64,000 bases of DNA from an uncultured Candidatus Entotheonella sp. (GCA_965217185.1 OZ244252.1:1568001-1632000); one strand, 5' to 3'; counted from the stretch's first letter, positions 34,189 to 44,331 are shown. Numbers and translations are program-made. Notes: a model not told the origin generated them from the sequence alone.

Positions 34189-35181
34189 CTACACCACTTC
34201 CAATGCGACGGCCGCCCACGTCAACCCGGCCCCGAAGGAGGCCATGACGACGGTGTCGCCCGATTGTAAGCGCCCCTGTTCGCGCGCCTCGTGCAAGGCC
34301 ACGATGACGGAGGCGGCTGACGTATTTCCATATCGGTCGATGTTGACCATGATGTTGGCGGTATCCAGGGGCAGTTTCTTCGCCGCCGCCTCAATGATGC
34401 GCCAGTTCGCCTGGTGCGGGATCAGCAGCCGCAGGTCCGCCAGCGTACGACCGGCGCGTTCCAGGACGTCATGCACCAAGCTGGTCAGAGCCCGTACGGC
34501 GAAGCGGAAGACACGCCCGCCGTTCATGCGCAGGTAGTGTTCGCCGGCCTCGACGGTCTGGTGACTGGCCGGTTGCCGAGAGCCCCCAGCCGGTACCTTG
34601 ATGACCTCCGACATGCTGCCGTCGCTGGCCCAACTGTGCGCCAAGACGCGCAAATCGCCGCTCGTTCCCTCTCCGGATTGGACAACCAATGCCCCGGCGC
34701 CGTCCCCGAAAACCAGGGCGGTTTCCTGGTCGTTGTCGTTCACCATGCGCGAAACCAGCTCGGCGCCGATGACCAGGGCCGTGCCGCAGACACCAGCGCG
34801 TACCAGCCCGGTGGCGGTGATCAGGGCGTAGAGGGAGCCCGTGCACCCGGCGTTGAGGTCATAGGCCGGCACCATCGGCAACTGCAGCGCTTGCTGCACC
34901 AGATTGGCCGTCGAGGGGGTGATGTGGTCCGGCGAAGCGGTCGCGACGATGACGCACTCAACGGCGTCATGCGCCAGCCCGGCATCGACCAACGCCGCCC
35001 GGGCGGCGTTGACGGCCATGTCCGAGGTGGCTTCCTCAGGCGCGGCACGACGCCGCTCACGGATGCCCGTAAGTCTGACGATATGCTCTTCCGTGATGCC
35101 AAATCGCTCGGCAACGTCGGCATTGGTCAAGCGCGCCGACGGCATGTAGCTGCCGACGCCACGGATGCAGACCTGGGACAT
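34189..35181 (-). CDS. fabH: 3-oxoacyl-ACP synthase III
   Basis: TGIRERR, AGCTG (Cys), FGDGAGA, PHQAN, GNTSAAS, FGAGLTW. Confidence 0.92.
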   Translation of the reverse strand: MSQVCIRGVGSYMPSARLTNADVAERFGITEEHIVRLTGIRERRRAAPEEATSDMAVNAARAALVDAGLAHDAVECVIVATASPDHITPSTANLVQQALQLPMVPAYDLNAGCTGSLYALITATGLVRAGVCGTALVIGAELVSRMVNDNDQETALVFGDGAGALVVQSGEGTSGDLRVLAHSWASDGSMSEVIKVPAGGSRQPASHQTVEAGEHYLRMNGGRVFRFAVRALTSLVHDVLERAGRTLADLRLLIPHQANWRIIEAAAKKLPLDTANIMVNIDRYGNTSAASVIVALHEAREQGRLQSGDTVVMASFGAGLTWAAVALEVV

Positions 35182-35409
35182 GGGTAAAACCCTCGCGCGC
35201 TGCGAGCGATTGGACGATTTGCGGGGTGGCTGGCCGGACGGCCAAGCCGTGTGTTGATGACTCTGGGTTGTAACGGTTTCAATCATAGTGGGTTCAACCC
35301 ATGCGGTCAAACGATGTCCCGCCGTCTGGACGGGTTCCGCCCGATCGGTCACAATGGCGCCGGACCGGCCACCCACAATAAACGTGCTTGGACATCTCAG
35401 GGAGAACGT

Positions 35410-36399
35410 ATGGGATCGACGTTGCGATTAACAAGCGATGAGGCCGTGGCGCGTTTGCGCAGCGGGCTGCATGACAGGGCGGAGAACTTCCATGCCATGT
35501 ATTCCAGCGTGCTGGGGGGCATCGTCACGGATCCGGCGCTCATGGTGCTACCGCTCGATGATCACATGGTGCATCGCGGCCACGCCGTATTTGACACCGC
35601 GGCCATCGTCGGCGGCATGCTTTACCAACTCGACCCGCACCTCGAACGCCTGCTGCGTTCGGCGGAAATGGCGCGCATTCCACTGCCTTTCGAGCCGCAT
35701 CAGTTGCGCCAGATCATCATCGACACCGCCGCCGCCAGCGGCCAGCGCAGCGCCTCCGCGCGTTACTGGCTGTCGGTCGGCCCCGGCGGCTTCAGTCTGT
35801 CGTCACGGGAATGCGTCGCCAGCAGTTTCTACGTGATGATTTTCCGTCCGCAACCGGAGCCCGAACATTTTTACACCGAGGGCGTCAAGCTCGTCACCAG
35901 CAGTGTGCCGATCAAGCCGCCGTACTTCGCCAAGGTGAAGTCGAACAACTACCTGCCCAACGCGCTGATGCTGCTGGAGGCAAAAGACCGCGGCGCCGAT
36001 CATGGATTGTTCATTGATGCGCAGGGGTACGTGGCCGAAAGCTCGCACATGAACGTGGCGTTCGTGAACTCGGATAACGTGCTGTGCCATCCCACGTTCG
36101 ACGCCATCCTCACCGGCATCACGGCACAGCGCATGCTGCATCTCGCCAGGCAGCTCGTCGATTCGGGGGATTTGGAAGGCATCGCCCTGAGGAACGTGCC
36201 GATACAAGAGTGGAAAGCGGCGAGAGAGATTCTGCTGCTTGGCAGCTCCCTGAAGGTGGCGCCGGTCGTGCGGTGGGACGATCAACCGGTGGGTGACGGC
36301 CGGCCCGGGCCGATTGCCCGAAAACTGCTGGCCATGTGGCAGGCGGATCAAAAAAAGGCAGCGGACCAGTTGGTGCCTGTGCCCTACGCCGAATCCTGA
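35410..36399 (+). CDS. Class IV aminotransferase (D-amino acid aminotransferase / ADC lyase-like)
   Basis: DDHMVHRGHAVFDT, HLERL, VKSNNYLPN, ILTGIT. Confidence 0.88.
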   Translation: MGSTLRLTSDEAVARLRSGLHDRAENFHAMYSSVLGGIVTDPALMVLPLDDHMVHRGHAVFDTAAIVGGMLYQLDPHLERLLRSAEMARIPLPFEPHQLRQIIIDTAAASGQRSASARYWLSVGPGGFSLSSRECVASSFYVMIFRPQPEPEHFYTEGVKLVTSSVPIKPPYFAKVKSNNYLPNALMLLEAKDRGADHGLFIDAQGYVAESSHMNVAFVNSDNVLCHPTFDAILTGITAQRMLHLARQLVDSGDLEGIALRNVPIQEWKAAREILLLGSSLKVAPVVRWDDQPVGDGRPGPIARKLLAMWQADQKKAADQLVPVPYAES

Positions 36400-36419
36400 T
36401 CCGCGGCTATCTGTACGGA

Positions 36420-36507
36420 GCAGGTCGGATCAGCGAAGCGGAATCCGACATTCCACCCGCTGTAGGCTCCCGTTGTCGGATTTATGCCTGCGGTATATCC
36501 GACCTAC
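36420..36507. repeat. REP doublet (REPIN/BIME-like) between convergent genes
   Basis: GCAG-GTCGGATCAGCGAAGCGGAATCCGACA, a 23-bp spacer, then inverted TGTCGGATTTATGCCTGCGGTATATCCGAC-CTAC. Confidence 0.85.
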
Positions 36508-36532
36508 TGAAATATCCCTGACTCTGCCTATT

Positions 36533-37489
36533 TTAACAGGTTTCGCTTTTTGCCCGTGTCAGTTCCGCGGGCAGCAGAAACTTGACGTTCTCTTCGGTAA
36601 CGGTGAGGTCGTCGACCTCCGCCACTCCTAGGCGCTGGCAGTAAGCCACCACTTCCTGCACTAGAAACTCAGGCGTCGAGGCGCCAGCCGTCACCCCGAC
36701 CCGCGTGACGCCCGCCAGCGCGGCGGGATCAAGGTCGGAGGCCTGCTGAATGAGCATTGCCTTGACGCCGGCCATCTCGGCTACCTCGCGCAGACGGTTG
36801 GAGTTCGAGCTATTGGTGGCCCCAATGACCAGCACCAGCTCCACCTCCCTGGCCATCGCCTTGACGGCGCGCTGACGGTTTTGCGTCGCGTAGCAGATGT
36901 CGTCCTTGGCGGGCAGCGCCATGGCCGGGAAGCGCGCGCGCAGGGCTTCCATGATTTCGGCGGTGTCATCCATGCTGAGGGTCGTCTGGGTGAGGCATAC
37001 CACCTTGCGAGGGTCGGGCACCGTCAAGTCCCGCACGCCCTCCACTGAATCGACTACCTGAATGCGGTTCGGCGCCTCACCCCGCGTGCCGATCACCTCG
37101 TCGTGGTCTTCGTGCCCGATGAGGACGATGCTGTAGTTCTCCTTGGCGTAGCGTTGCACTTCCAGGTGCACCTTGGTGACCAGAGGGCAGGTGGCGTCGA
37201 GGATGTGCAATTGCTTCGCCTCAGCCTCGGCCCAGACCGTGGGCGCGACGCCGTGGGCGCTGAAGATGGCGGTGGCACCCGCCGGGATTTCGGAGATTTC
37301 CTCGACGAATACCGCGCCCTTCTCCTGTAGCGCCTCGACAACGTGCCGGTTATGCACAATCTCCTTGCGCACGTAAACCGGCTTGTCGAAGACCTCCAGC
37401 GCCTGCTCGACGATGTCAATGGCCCGGTCCACCCCGGCACAAAAGCCGCGCGGTTTGGCCAGGACAAGCCCCGTCAGTGCCATATCCAT
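36533..37489 (-). CDS. ispH: 4-hydroxy-3-methylbut-2-enyl diphosphate reductase
   Basis: PRGFCAGVDRA, IVHN, DATCPLV, QTTLS, DICYATQNRQ, NSSNS, GASTP. Confidence 0.97.
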   Translation of the reverse strand: MDMALTGLVLAKPRGFCAGVDRAIDIVEQALEVFDKPVYVRKEIVHNRHVVEALQEKGAVFVEEISEIPAGATAIFSAHGVAPTVWAEAEAKQLHILDATCPLVTKVHLEVQRYAKENYSIVLIGHEDHDEVIGTRGEAPNRIQVVDSVEGVRDLTVPDPRKVVCLTQTTLSMDDTAEIMEALRARFPAMALPAKDDICYATQNRQRAVKAMAREVELVLVIGATNSSNSNRLREVAEMAGVKAMLIQQASDLDPAALAGVTRVGVTAGASTPEFLVQEVVAYCQRLGVAEVDDLTVTEENVKFLLPAELTRAKSETC

Positions 37490-37513
37490 GCCCCCTCGAA
37501 TCGCCGGCGCGGT

Positions 37514-38155
37514 TTATGGGATGCCGTGCTCGGCTTTGTAGGCGTCCCAGTTTTCCTTCAGCCACATGAATTCATCGAAATCGGTGCGGTGCAGGAAGGG
37601 GTTGTTGGCGCGCTCATTGCCGATGGTGGAGGACGGCGCCGGGCCGTAATCATGGCCGGGGTAGACCTCAACGGCATCGTCCAGCTTCATGATGACCTCG
37701 AGCAAGCTGTGATGCTGCTTCTCGGCGCTGCTACCCTGGAACCCGGAGCCGCCGATGCAGCCGACGAACAGCGTGTCGCCGGTCATCAACTTGCCGTTCA
37801 CCAACAGGCAGATGGAATCCAGGTAGTGGCCCGGCGTGAACAGCACCTCGACCGTGTTGCCTCCCACCTGCACGGTGCTGCCGTGGTCCAGCCTAATGTC
37901 CGGGTTGACGCTGGCGTCCTTGTAGGCGGCCAGCTTGACGCCCTCGGTGTGAAACACGCCGTTGCCGGCCACGTGGTCGTGGTGCGTGTGGGTGTTGAAG
38001 ATGTGCGTCACCCGCAGGCCCAGTTCCCGGACTCGCGCCTCTAGCTTCGAGGTGTCGTAGCCGGGGTCCACGACCGCGCACGTGCCGCCTGCTTCGTCGC
38101 CGATCAGGTAGCTGAAATTGCGGTCGCCGCCCGCGTCAATCTGCTCAAAAATCAT
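37514..38155 (-). CDS. MBL-fold metallo-hydrolase (glyoxalase II-like)
   Basis: THTHHDH, TPGH, TGDTLF, YPGHDY. Confidence 0.9.
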   Translation of the reverse strand: MIFEQIDAGGDRNFSYLIGDEAGGTCAVVDPGYDTSKLEARVRELGLRVTHIFNTHTHHDHVAGNGVFHTEGVKLAAYKDASVNPDIRLDHGSTVQVGGNTVEVLFTPGHYLDSICLLVNGKLMTGDTLFVGCIGGSGFQGSSAEKQHHSLLEVIMKLDDAVEVYPGHDYGPAPSSTIGNERANNPFLHRTDFDEFMWLKENWDAYKAEHGIP

Positions 38156-38203
38156 GCTTCACTCCTTGCCATCGGCGACCGGCGCGTGCCAATCGCCGGA
38201 GGT

Positions 38204-38470
38204 TCATGCCTCTAATTGCGCCTTGTCGGCCATGATGTCCTGCAAAAGGGCCTCGTAAACCGTATCCATGCTGCCCGGCAGGGTCTGTCGCAGATAGTTG
38301 ATCAGGTGGATTTTGAAGCGGTCGTCTTGGAGGGGGTATTGCGCCAGCAGGGTGCGCGCTTTGGCGTAAATCTGCGGGCCACTGATGGCCAGCCGGGTGA
38401 GGTAGGCGGCCGCGACGGCCGGCCGGAGTTGCTGCAACGCCTGCCGGGTGTGGGTCCATTGCTTCGCCAT
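38204..38470 (-). CDS. Hypothetical protein
   Basis: 88-aa ORF, co-oriented with the MBL gene and ispH, with an AGGA upstream. Confidence 0.6.
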   Translation of the reverse strand: MAKQWTHTRQALQQLRPAVAAAYLTRLAISGPQIYAKARTLLAQYPLQDDRFKIHLINYLRQTLPGSMDTVYEALLQDIMADKAQLEA

Positions 38471-38639
38471 GACGTGATTCCTTCGCTTTACAGCCCTTGA
38501 GTCTGCCCTTTAATAGCTGTCAGGGCGTATTGTAGTCCACCGGCCCTTATGCTACAACAAGCGCCCAAACCCGTTTTGTGCAAGGGCAACGGTCTCATTG
38601 TCGACGAACCTAATCGCAAGGGATGAGGAGAATGGGAAC

Positions 38640-39701
38640 ATGAGAAGCATCGGCAAAATGTCACTGATCTCCGTAGTGGTCGTCCTGTTCGTGGTTGGCT
38701 CGATTCCTGGCAGTTTACTGGCCGGCAACAATCCGGTGGATGAAAGCTGGTGGCCGAGCGAATTTGGTCCCGAGGATGAAGCGGGAGCGGTCAACCGCAT
38801 CACACCGGAGAAAAGGATTGCGGCAGCGCAGCTTGTGAAGAAAGGCATGACCGCCACGCTGGGCATGCCCTATTACAACGGCATGCCCTTGGTGCCCGGT
38901 CGTACGTTCGCCCTGAGCATTCCCGGCGGCGGCACCCCCACCCATGGTCCGTTCAGTTGGCCCGGCGACAGCTACGACATGACGTTTATGGACGAGCTCC
39001 TGACCGCCGAAATCGGTCAGGTCGGATCGCAGTGGGATGGTCTGGGACACCCATTGATCCGTGTGCAAGGCGTCTCGGGGTGGGAAGACGGCAATTACTT
39101 CTACAACCGATTCCGGCTGGAAGACGTCGGCAATCCGCGTGGGTTGGAAAAGGTTGGCACGGAGCACGTGGCCAACGTCGGCTTCTTTACCCGCGGCATC
39201 CTGATTGACGTCGCGGCGTTGAAAGGCACCGACCGGCTGGACAAAGGCTATGCCGTCACCATGGCGGATTACCGAGCTGCTCTCGAGGCGCAGGGCATTG
39301 ATGACGCCGACGTGGGCGACGTGGTGCTGGTTCGCACCGGCTGGAACAGCCTGTGGAAAGACTACAATGCACCGGCCGCGGAACGCGCGGCAAATAACGC
39401 TGAACACGGCTCCGGCGAGCCGGGACTGAGCCCGGAAGTCTGCGATCATCTGGCTGACAGAAAGATCGCCATGGTGGGTTCCGACACCTGGGCCCTGGAG
39501 GTCATCGGACCCAACATCCAGACCGATTCCGCCGCCTATTGCCACATGAACCTGATCGTCCGGCGCGGCATTACCAACTTCGAAAACCTCGACCTGGACG
39601 TTCTGTCTCAGGAAAAAGCCTACGAGTTCCTGTTCACCTGGTCGCCGCTCAAGCTCATCGGCGCCACGGGCTCCCCGGGCAATCCGATTGCGGCCTGGTA
39701 A
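38640..39701 (+). CDS. Secreted cyclase family (kynurenine formamidase-like) metal hydrolase
   Basis: Signal peptide; GSQWDGLGH, TRGILID, LVRTGW, VGSDTWALE, ENLDL, GATGSP. Confidence 0.88.
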   Translation: MRSIGKMSLISVVVVLFVVGSIPGSLLAGNNPVDESWWPSEFGPEDEAGAVNRITPEKRIAAAQLVKKGMTATLGMPYYNGMPLVPGRTFALSIPGGGTPTHGPFSWPGDSYDMTFMDELLTAEIGQVGSQWDGLGHPLIRVQGVSGWEDGNYFYNRFRLEDVGNPRGLEKVGTEHVANVGFFTRGILIDVAALKGTDRLDKGYAVTMADYRAALEAQGIDDADVGDVVLVRTGWNSLWKDYNAPAAERAANNAEHGSGEPGLSPEVCDHLADRKIAMVGSDTWALEVIGPNIQTDSAAYCHMNLIVRRGITNFENLDLDVLSQEKAYEFLFTWSPLKLIGATGSPGNPIAAW

Positions 39702-39718
39702 AATAGAAACTTCATCCT

Positions 39719-39751
39719 GGAGCCGGTACGCCAACCGGCTCCGTTTCATTT
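39719..39751 (+). terminator. Intrinsic terminator after the cyclase gene
   Basis: GGAGCCGGT-acgcca-ACCGGCTCC followed by GTTTCATTT. Confidence 0.6.
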
Positions 39752-39786
39752 GAACCATCGAGGCATAGAGTTGAGAGGGCATCCTT

Positions 39787-40593
39787 ATGCAACTAACTGA
39801 CGCACAACTGGCCGAGTTTCACGAGCAGGGCTATCTGTTTTTGCCCGGTCGATTTACGTCTCAAGAGATTGCTCCTTTGCGGGCAGAGGCCGAGCGGCTG
39901 TTCGGGCTGCAGCGCGAAGAGGTGTGGCGCGAGACCAGCGGCGCGGCCCGCACGGCATTCGCGGCGCACACGTACAGCGAGGGGTTCCGACGCCTTGGCC
40001 GGCACCCGCGATTGGTAGAGCCGGTCATGCAGCTCCTCGGCGGCCAGGTATACATGCACCAGTACAAGGTCAACGCCAAGGCGGCCTTTGACGGCGAGGT
40101 GTGGCAGTGGCACCAGGATTACGGGGTGTGGCAGCGCGACGACGAGATGCCCGAACCACGTGCCATGAATATCGCCCTATTCCTTGAAGAGGTCACGCCG
40201 GCCAACGGGCCGTTGCTGTTCATCCCCAAAAGCCACAAGCGTGGCGTGCTGGCCGCCGGGCATGACCTTGAGGGCACCAGCTATCCCTTGTGGACGCTGG
40301 ACCGCGAAACCATCGCGCGGCTGGCGGATGAGGGCGGCATCGTGGCGCCGACCGGACCGCCGGGGGACGTCGTGCTGTTTCACGGCAATCTGGTGCACGC
40401 CAGTCCGGCGAACATCAGCCCGTGGCGGCGCGCCATCGTCTATCTCAGCCTGTGCGAGGTAAACAACCACATCCGCCGATTCAAACGTCCCGAGTTTATC
40501 GCCCACCGGGATTTCACGCCCATCGAACCTCTCGCGGACGGCTGCCTGCTGGAACTGGCTGAGCAGGAGAGCGCCCAGCCCGCCCTGGGATAG
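39787..40593 (+). CDS. Fe(II)/2-oxoglutarate dioxygenase, PhyH family (proline 4-hydroxylase/EctD-like)
   Basis: HQYKVNAK, WQWHQDY (HxD), NGPL, FHGNLVHASPAN, RR. Confidence 0.88.
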   Translation: MQLTDAQLAEFHEQGYLFLPGRFTSQEIAPLRAEAERLFGLQREEVWRETSGAARTAFAAHTYSEGFRRLGRHPRLVEPVMQLLGGQVYMHQYKVNAKAAFDGEVWQWHQDYGVWQRDDEMPEPRAMNIALFLEEVTPANGPLLFIPKSHKRGVLAAGHDLEGTSYPLWTLDRETIARLADEGGIVAPTGPPGDVVLFHGNLVHASPANISPWRRAIVYLSLCEVNNHIRRFKRPEFIAHRDFTPIEPLADGCLLELAEQESAQPALG

Positions 40594-40595
40594 CC

Positions 40596-41942
40596 ATGAG
40601 CCTGAATCAGCTATTGCAGCAGCGATTGCGGGACAAGGGACCCGTGCGTGTCGGCCTGATCGGTGCCGGCAAGTTCGGCTCGATGTTTCTGTCGCAGGTG
40701 CCGACCACCGAGGGGTTGGAGGTCAGCGTGATTGCCGACCTTGACCCCCAGCGGGCGCGGGACGTCTGTGCCGCGGTCGGCTGGGAGCCGGAGCGCGTTG
40801 CGTGCACTCGCTTCGTGGAAGATGGCGGTACGCTGATCGCGGCGAACGATGTTGACGTGGTGGTGGAGGCGACGGGGCATCCGCCAGCAGGTGTGACGCA
40901 CGCCAGACGGGCCATGCGGGAAGGCAAGGACATCGTCATGGTGAACGTGGAGGCGGACGTGCTGGCCGGGCCGCTGCTGGCGCGCGAAGCTGCGACCGCC
41001 GGCATCGTGTACTCGATGGCCTATGGCGATCAGCCGGCCCTGACCTGCGAGCTCGTGGACTGGGGCCGCCTGTGCGGCTTCGAGGTGGCGGCGGCGGGGA
41101 AAGGCACCCAGTACTTGCCGGTCTATCACGCCTCGACGCCGGCCACGGTGTGGGACTACTACGGTCTGACCGCCGCCCAGGCCGAGGCGGCACGCATGAA
41201 TTCGCAGATGTTCAACTCCTTCCTCGACGGCACCAAGTCGGCCATCGAAATGGCGGCCATTGGCAACGCCACCGGCTTGACGCCGGCACCCGGCGGCTTG
41301 ACGTTCCCGCCGTGCGGCACCGACGACCTGCCCCACGTCATGCGGCCTGTCGAGGCGGGCGGTTTGCTGCATCACAAGGGACAGGTGGAAGTCGTGTCAT
41401 CTCTCGAACGAGACGGCCGCCCCGTGTTTCGTGACCTGCGCTGGGGCGTATACGTGGTGTTCGAAGCGCCGAATGCCTACGCCGCGGACTGTTTCGAGAA
41501 GTACGGCCTCATCACCGATGACACGGGGCGCTATGCCGCCATGTACAAGCCGTATCACCTGATCGGCCTGGAGTTGAACGTGTCCATCTTCTCGGCGGCC
41601 CTGCGCCGCGAGCCGACCGGCTGCATGACGGGCTTCCGCGGCGACGTGGTGGCGACGGCAAAGCGGCAACTGTCGGCTGGCGAGGTACTGGACGGCGAGG
41701 GCGGCTACACGGTGTGGGGTAGGTTGATGACGGCGCGCGACAGCCTGACCCTCGGCGGTCTGCCCATCGGCTTAGCGCACGGCGTCACCCTGAAGCGCGA
41801 CGTGGCGGCCGGTTCGCCGCTGTGCTGGCAGGACGTCACGCTGCCGGACACCTTCGAAGCTCTGGAAGCACGGCAGTCCATGGAACGCGCCTTCAAGGCG
41901 GAATGGCGCCTGCCTGACATCTCCGTCGAGGCGGCTGAGTGA
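40596..41942 (+). CDS. NAD(P)-dependent oxidoreductase with C-terminal SAF domain
   Basis: GAGKFG, NVEADVLAGP, AYGDQP, DGTKSAIEM, LDGEGGYTV, LPIGLA. Confidence 0.88.
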   Translation: MSLNQLLQQRLRDKGPVRVGLIGAGKFGSMFLSQVPTTEGLEVSVIADLDPQRARDVCAAVGWEPERVACTRFVEDGGTLIAANDVDVVVEATGHPPAGVTHARRAMREGKDIVMVNVEADVLAGPLLAREAATAGIVYSMAYGDQPALTCELVDWGRLCGFEVAAAGKGTQYLPVYHASTPATVWDYYGLTAAQAEAARMNSQMFNSFLDGTKSAIEMAAIGNATGLTPAPGGLTFPPCGTDDLPHVMRPVEAGGLLHHKGQVEVVSSLERDGRPVFRDLRWGVYVVFEAPNAYAADCFEKYGLITDDTGRYAAMYKPYHLIGLELNVSIFSAALRREPTGCMTGFRGDVVATAKRQLSAGEVLDGEGGYTVWGRLMTARDSLTLGGLPIGLAHGVTLKRDVAAGSPLCWQDVTLPDTFEALEARQSMERAFKAEWRLPDISVEAAE

Positions 41943-42871
41943 AGGTTCTGGTAACAGGCGGTGCCGGGTTTATCGGCTCGCACCTCGTTGACCGGTTGAT
42001 CGCGGAAGGCCACGAGGTCATTGTCGTCGACGATCTATCTTCCGGCTGTGCGGCGCATGTTCATCCGCAGGCGGCGTTTTATCGAACGGATATTCGCAAC
42101 AGACAAGCGCTGAGCGACATTTTGACCCACGAAAAACCACAGGTTGTATTCCACCATGCGGCGCAAGTGAGTGTCCGGGATTCCGCAGCCAACCCGGTAC
42201 ACGACGCCTCGGTCAACGTTATCGGCCTGCTCAATCTTCTGGAAGCCTGCCAGCATCACAGGATTGAACGCCTCGTTTTCGCCTCCAGCGGCGGCGCCAT
42301 CTACGGCGAGCAGGAAACATTTCCGGCGGACGAGACCCATCCCTTGCAACCCGTCTCCCCCTACGGCGTCGCCAAGCTGGCCTGCGAGCACTATTTGCGT
42401 TGCTTCCATAGCGTGCATGACCTGTCTTACGCAGCGCTCCGGTACGCCAACGTCTACGGTCCGCGTCAGAGCACCCGCGGCGAGTCCGGGGTGATTGCCC
42501 TGTTTGCGGATCGGTTGCTGCGCGGCGAGCCCGTGCGTATCAATGGCGATGGGTGCCAGACGCGCGATTTCGTATACGTTGACGACGTGGTGGAAGCCAA
42601 CTTCCTCGCCATGCAATCCAACGCCCACGGAGCCTTCAACGTCGGCACCGGCGTGGAGACCTCGATCAACGACATCTTCGCCCATCTCAGACGGTTCACC
42701 CGTAGTTCTGTTCACCCTGAGTACGCACCGGCCAAAGCAGGCGAGCAGCGCCGCAGCGTTCTGGATGTCGATCGGATTGCGCGTCAATTGGACTGGCAGC
42801 CACGAACGGCCCTGGCGGATGGGTTGGCGCGGACGGCAGCGTACTTCGGATCAGAGACGGAACATGGCTGA
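41939..42871 (+). CDS. NAD-dependent epimerase/dehydratase (UDP-glucose 4-epimerase-like)
   Basis: TGGAGFIG, SSGGAIYG, YGVAK, NVYGPRQ, TRDFVYVDD. Confidence 0.92.
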   Translation: MKVLVTGGAGFIGSHLVDRLIAEGHEVIVVDDLSSGCAAHVHPQAAFYRTDIRNRQALSDILTHEKPQVVFHHAAQVSVRDSAANPVHDASVNVIGLLNLLEACQHHRIERLVFASSGGAIYGEQETFPADETHPLQPVSPYGVAKLACEHYLRCFHSVHDLSYAALRYANVYGPRQSTRGESGVIALFADRLLRGEPVRINGDGCQTRDFVYVDDVVEANFLAMQSNAHGAFNVGTGVETSINDIFAHLRRFTRSSVHPEYAPAKAGEQRRSVLDVDRIARQLDWQPRTALADGLARTAAYFGSETEHG

Positions 42872-43076
42872 CAAGTTGTCAGACGTGCCTTGCTAACGCG
42901 GCGCCCTTTCCCAAGCCGATGCCTACGATTGCTCTGGCGTTGCCGGCGTCCGGGGGGTGCCTTGCACGCCTCCTTGGCGATGCCGCATAATGGCCGGAGT
43001 TTTCAAACCGACCCTGAAGTTGTCCCCGCAATTTCGCTTTTCGTTGTCTTAAAACCCGTGTGGTGAGGAGTTCACT

Positions 43077-44324
43077 ATGCCATCCCCCGATGGTGACAAA
43101 TCTGTAGGCGTTGAGCGGCGAACCTTCCTGCAACAGCTTGCCCTCGGCGGCGTGGCGCTTGGCGCCGCATCCGGGCTGACGGCGGCGGCGGAGACGTTGC
43201 ACGCGGCCGCTGCGATCAAGCAGCACAAACGGCTGGGCACGACCGATATTCGAATGTCGGATATCAGCTTCGGCGGCTCGCGGCTGCGCGGTGACGGCGA
43301 TCTGGTGCATTACGCCTTGGACAAAGGTATCAACTACTTCGACACGGCCGAGAGCTACACCGGCGGCAACTCCGAAACCCTCATCGGTCAGGCGCTCGAG
43401 GGCAAGCGCGACCAGGTTTACATTGCCAGCAAGGGCGGCTTCGGCCCGCACGTCCGGCAGGACGAAATGATGCGCACCCTGGAGGGGAGCCTGCGGCGGC
43501 TGCGCACCGATTACATCGATGTCTATTTCACCCACGCCGTGAACGACGTGAGGCGCGTCCAGAATCCCGAATTCCACGCCTTTACCGAACGCGCCAAGGA
43601 GCAGGGCAAGATTCGCTACGTCGGCCTTTCCGGCCACGGCGGCCGGCTCATCGAGTGCCTGGATTACGCCATTGACAGCGGCAAGTTCGACGTGATGCTG
43701 GTGGCGTACAACTTCGGCCAGGACCCGTCCTTTGTGCAAAAACTGACACGCCGCTTCGACTTTATCGCGGTGAACCCGGACCTGCCGCGCGTGCTGCGCA
43801 AGGCCAAGGCGGCAGGCATGGGCGTGATCGCCATGAAAACGCTGCGCGGCGCCAAGCTGAACGACATGGAGCCGTACCAGAAAGATGGGGCGACGTTTTC
43901 CCAGGCCGCTTTTCGCTGGGTGCTGACGAACGACGACGTTGACGCCTTGATCGTCACCATGCGTTCGCCCAGTGACATCGACGAGTTTCTCGTCGCTTCC
44001 GGTGGTACCAAGGTGACACGGCACGACGTGGACCTGCTGCGCCGCTACGTGACCCTGAACGACGGCACCTATTGCCGTCCGTTGTGCGATGCCTGTGAGT
44101 CGTCGTGCCCGGAGAACGTGCAGATTGCCGACGTGCTACGCCACAAAATGTACTTCGAGGATTACGGCGCCGAGCGCATGGCGATGGAGGGTTACGCCAA
44201 ACTGGCGCACAACGCCGCCGCCTGTGCCGAGTGCACGCACCAACGCTGCCTCGGTTCGTGCCCCTACGGGTTGCCCGTCCCCGAGTTGACGCGTCAGGCG
44301 CATCGCCTGCTGCACTGGGGTTGA
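43077..44324 (+). CDS. Aldo/keto reductase with Tat-like signal and C-terminal Fe-S (ferredoxin-like) domain
   Basis: ERRTFLQ; DTAESY, IASK, FTHA; CRPLCDACESSCP and CAEC...CLGSCP. Confidence 0.9.
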   Translation: MPSPDGDKSVGVERRTFLQQLALGGVALGAASGLTAAAETLHAAAAIKQHKRLGTTDIRMSDISFGGSRLRGDGDLVHYALDKGINYFDTAESYTGGNSETLIGQALEGKRDQVYIASKGGFGPHVRQDEMMRTLEGSLRRLRTDYIDVYFTHAVNDVRRVQNPEFHAFTERAKEQGKIRYVGLSGHGGRLIECLDYAIDSGKFDVMLVAYNFGQDPSFVQKLTRRFDFIAVNPDLPRVLRKAKAAGMGVIAMKTLRGAKLNDMEPYQKDGATFSQAAFRWVLTNDDVDALIVTMRSPSDIDEFLVASGGTKVTRHDVDLLRRYVTLNDGTYCRPLCDACESSCPENVQIADVLRHKMYFEDYGAERMAMEGYAKLAHNAAACAECTHQRCLGSCPYGLPVPELTRQAHRLLHWG

Positions 44325-44331
44325 GCGCCAG

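Noticed and set aside
39787..40593. Ectoine hydroxylase ectD
   Set aside because: The EctD signature is not matched and no ect genes are nearby.
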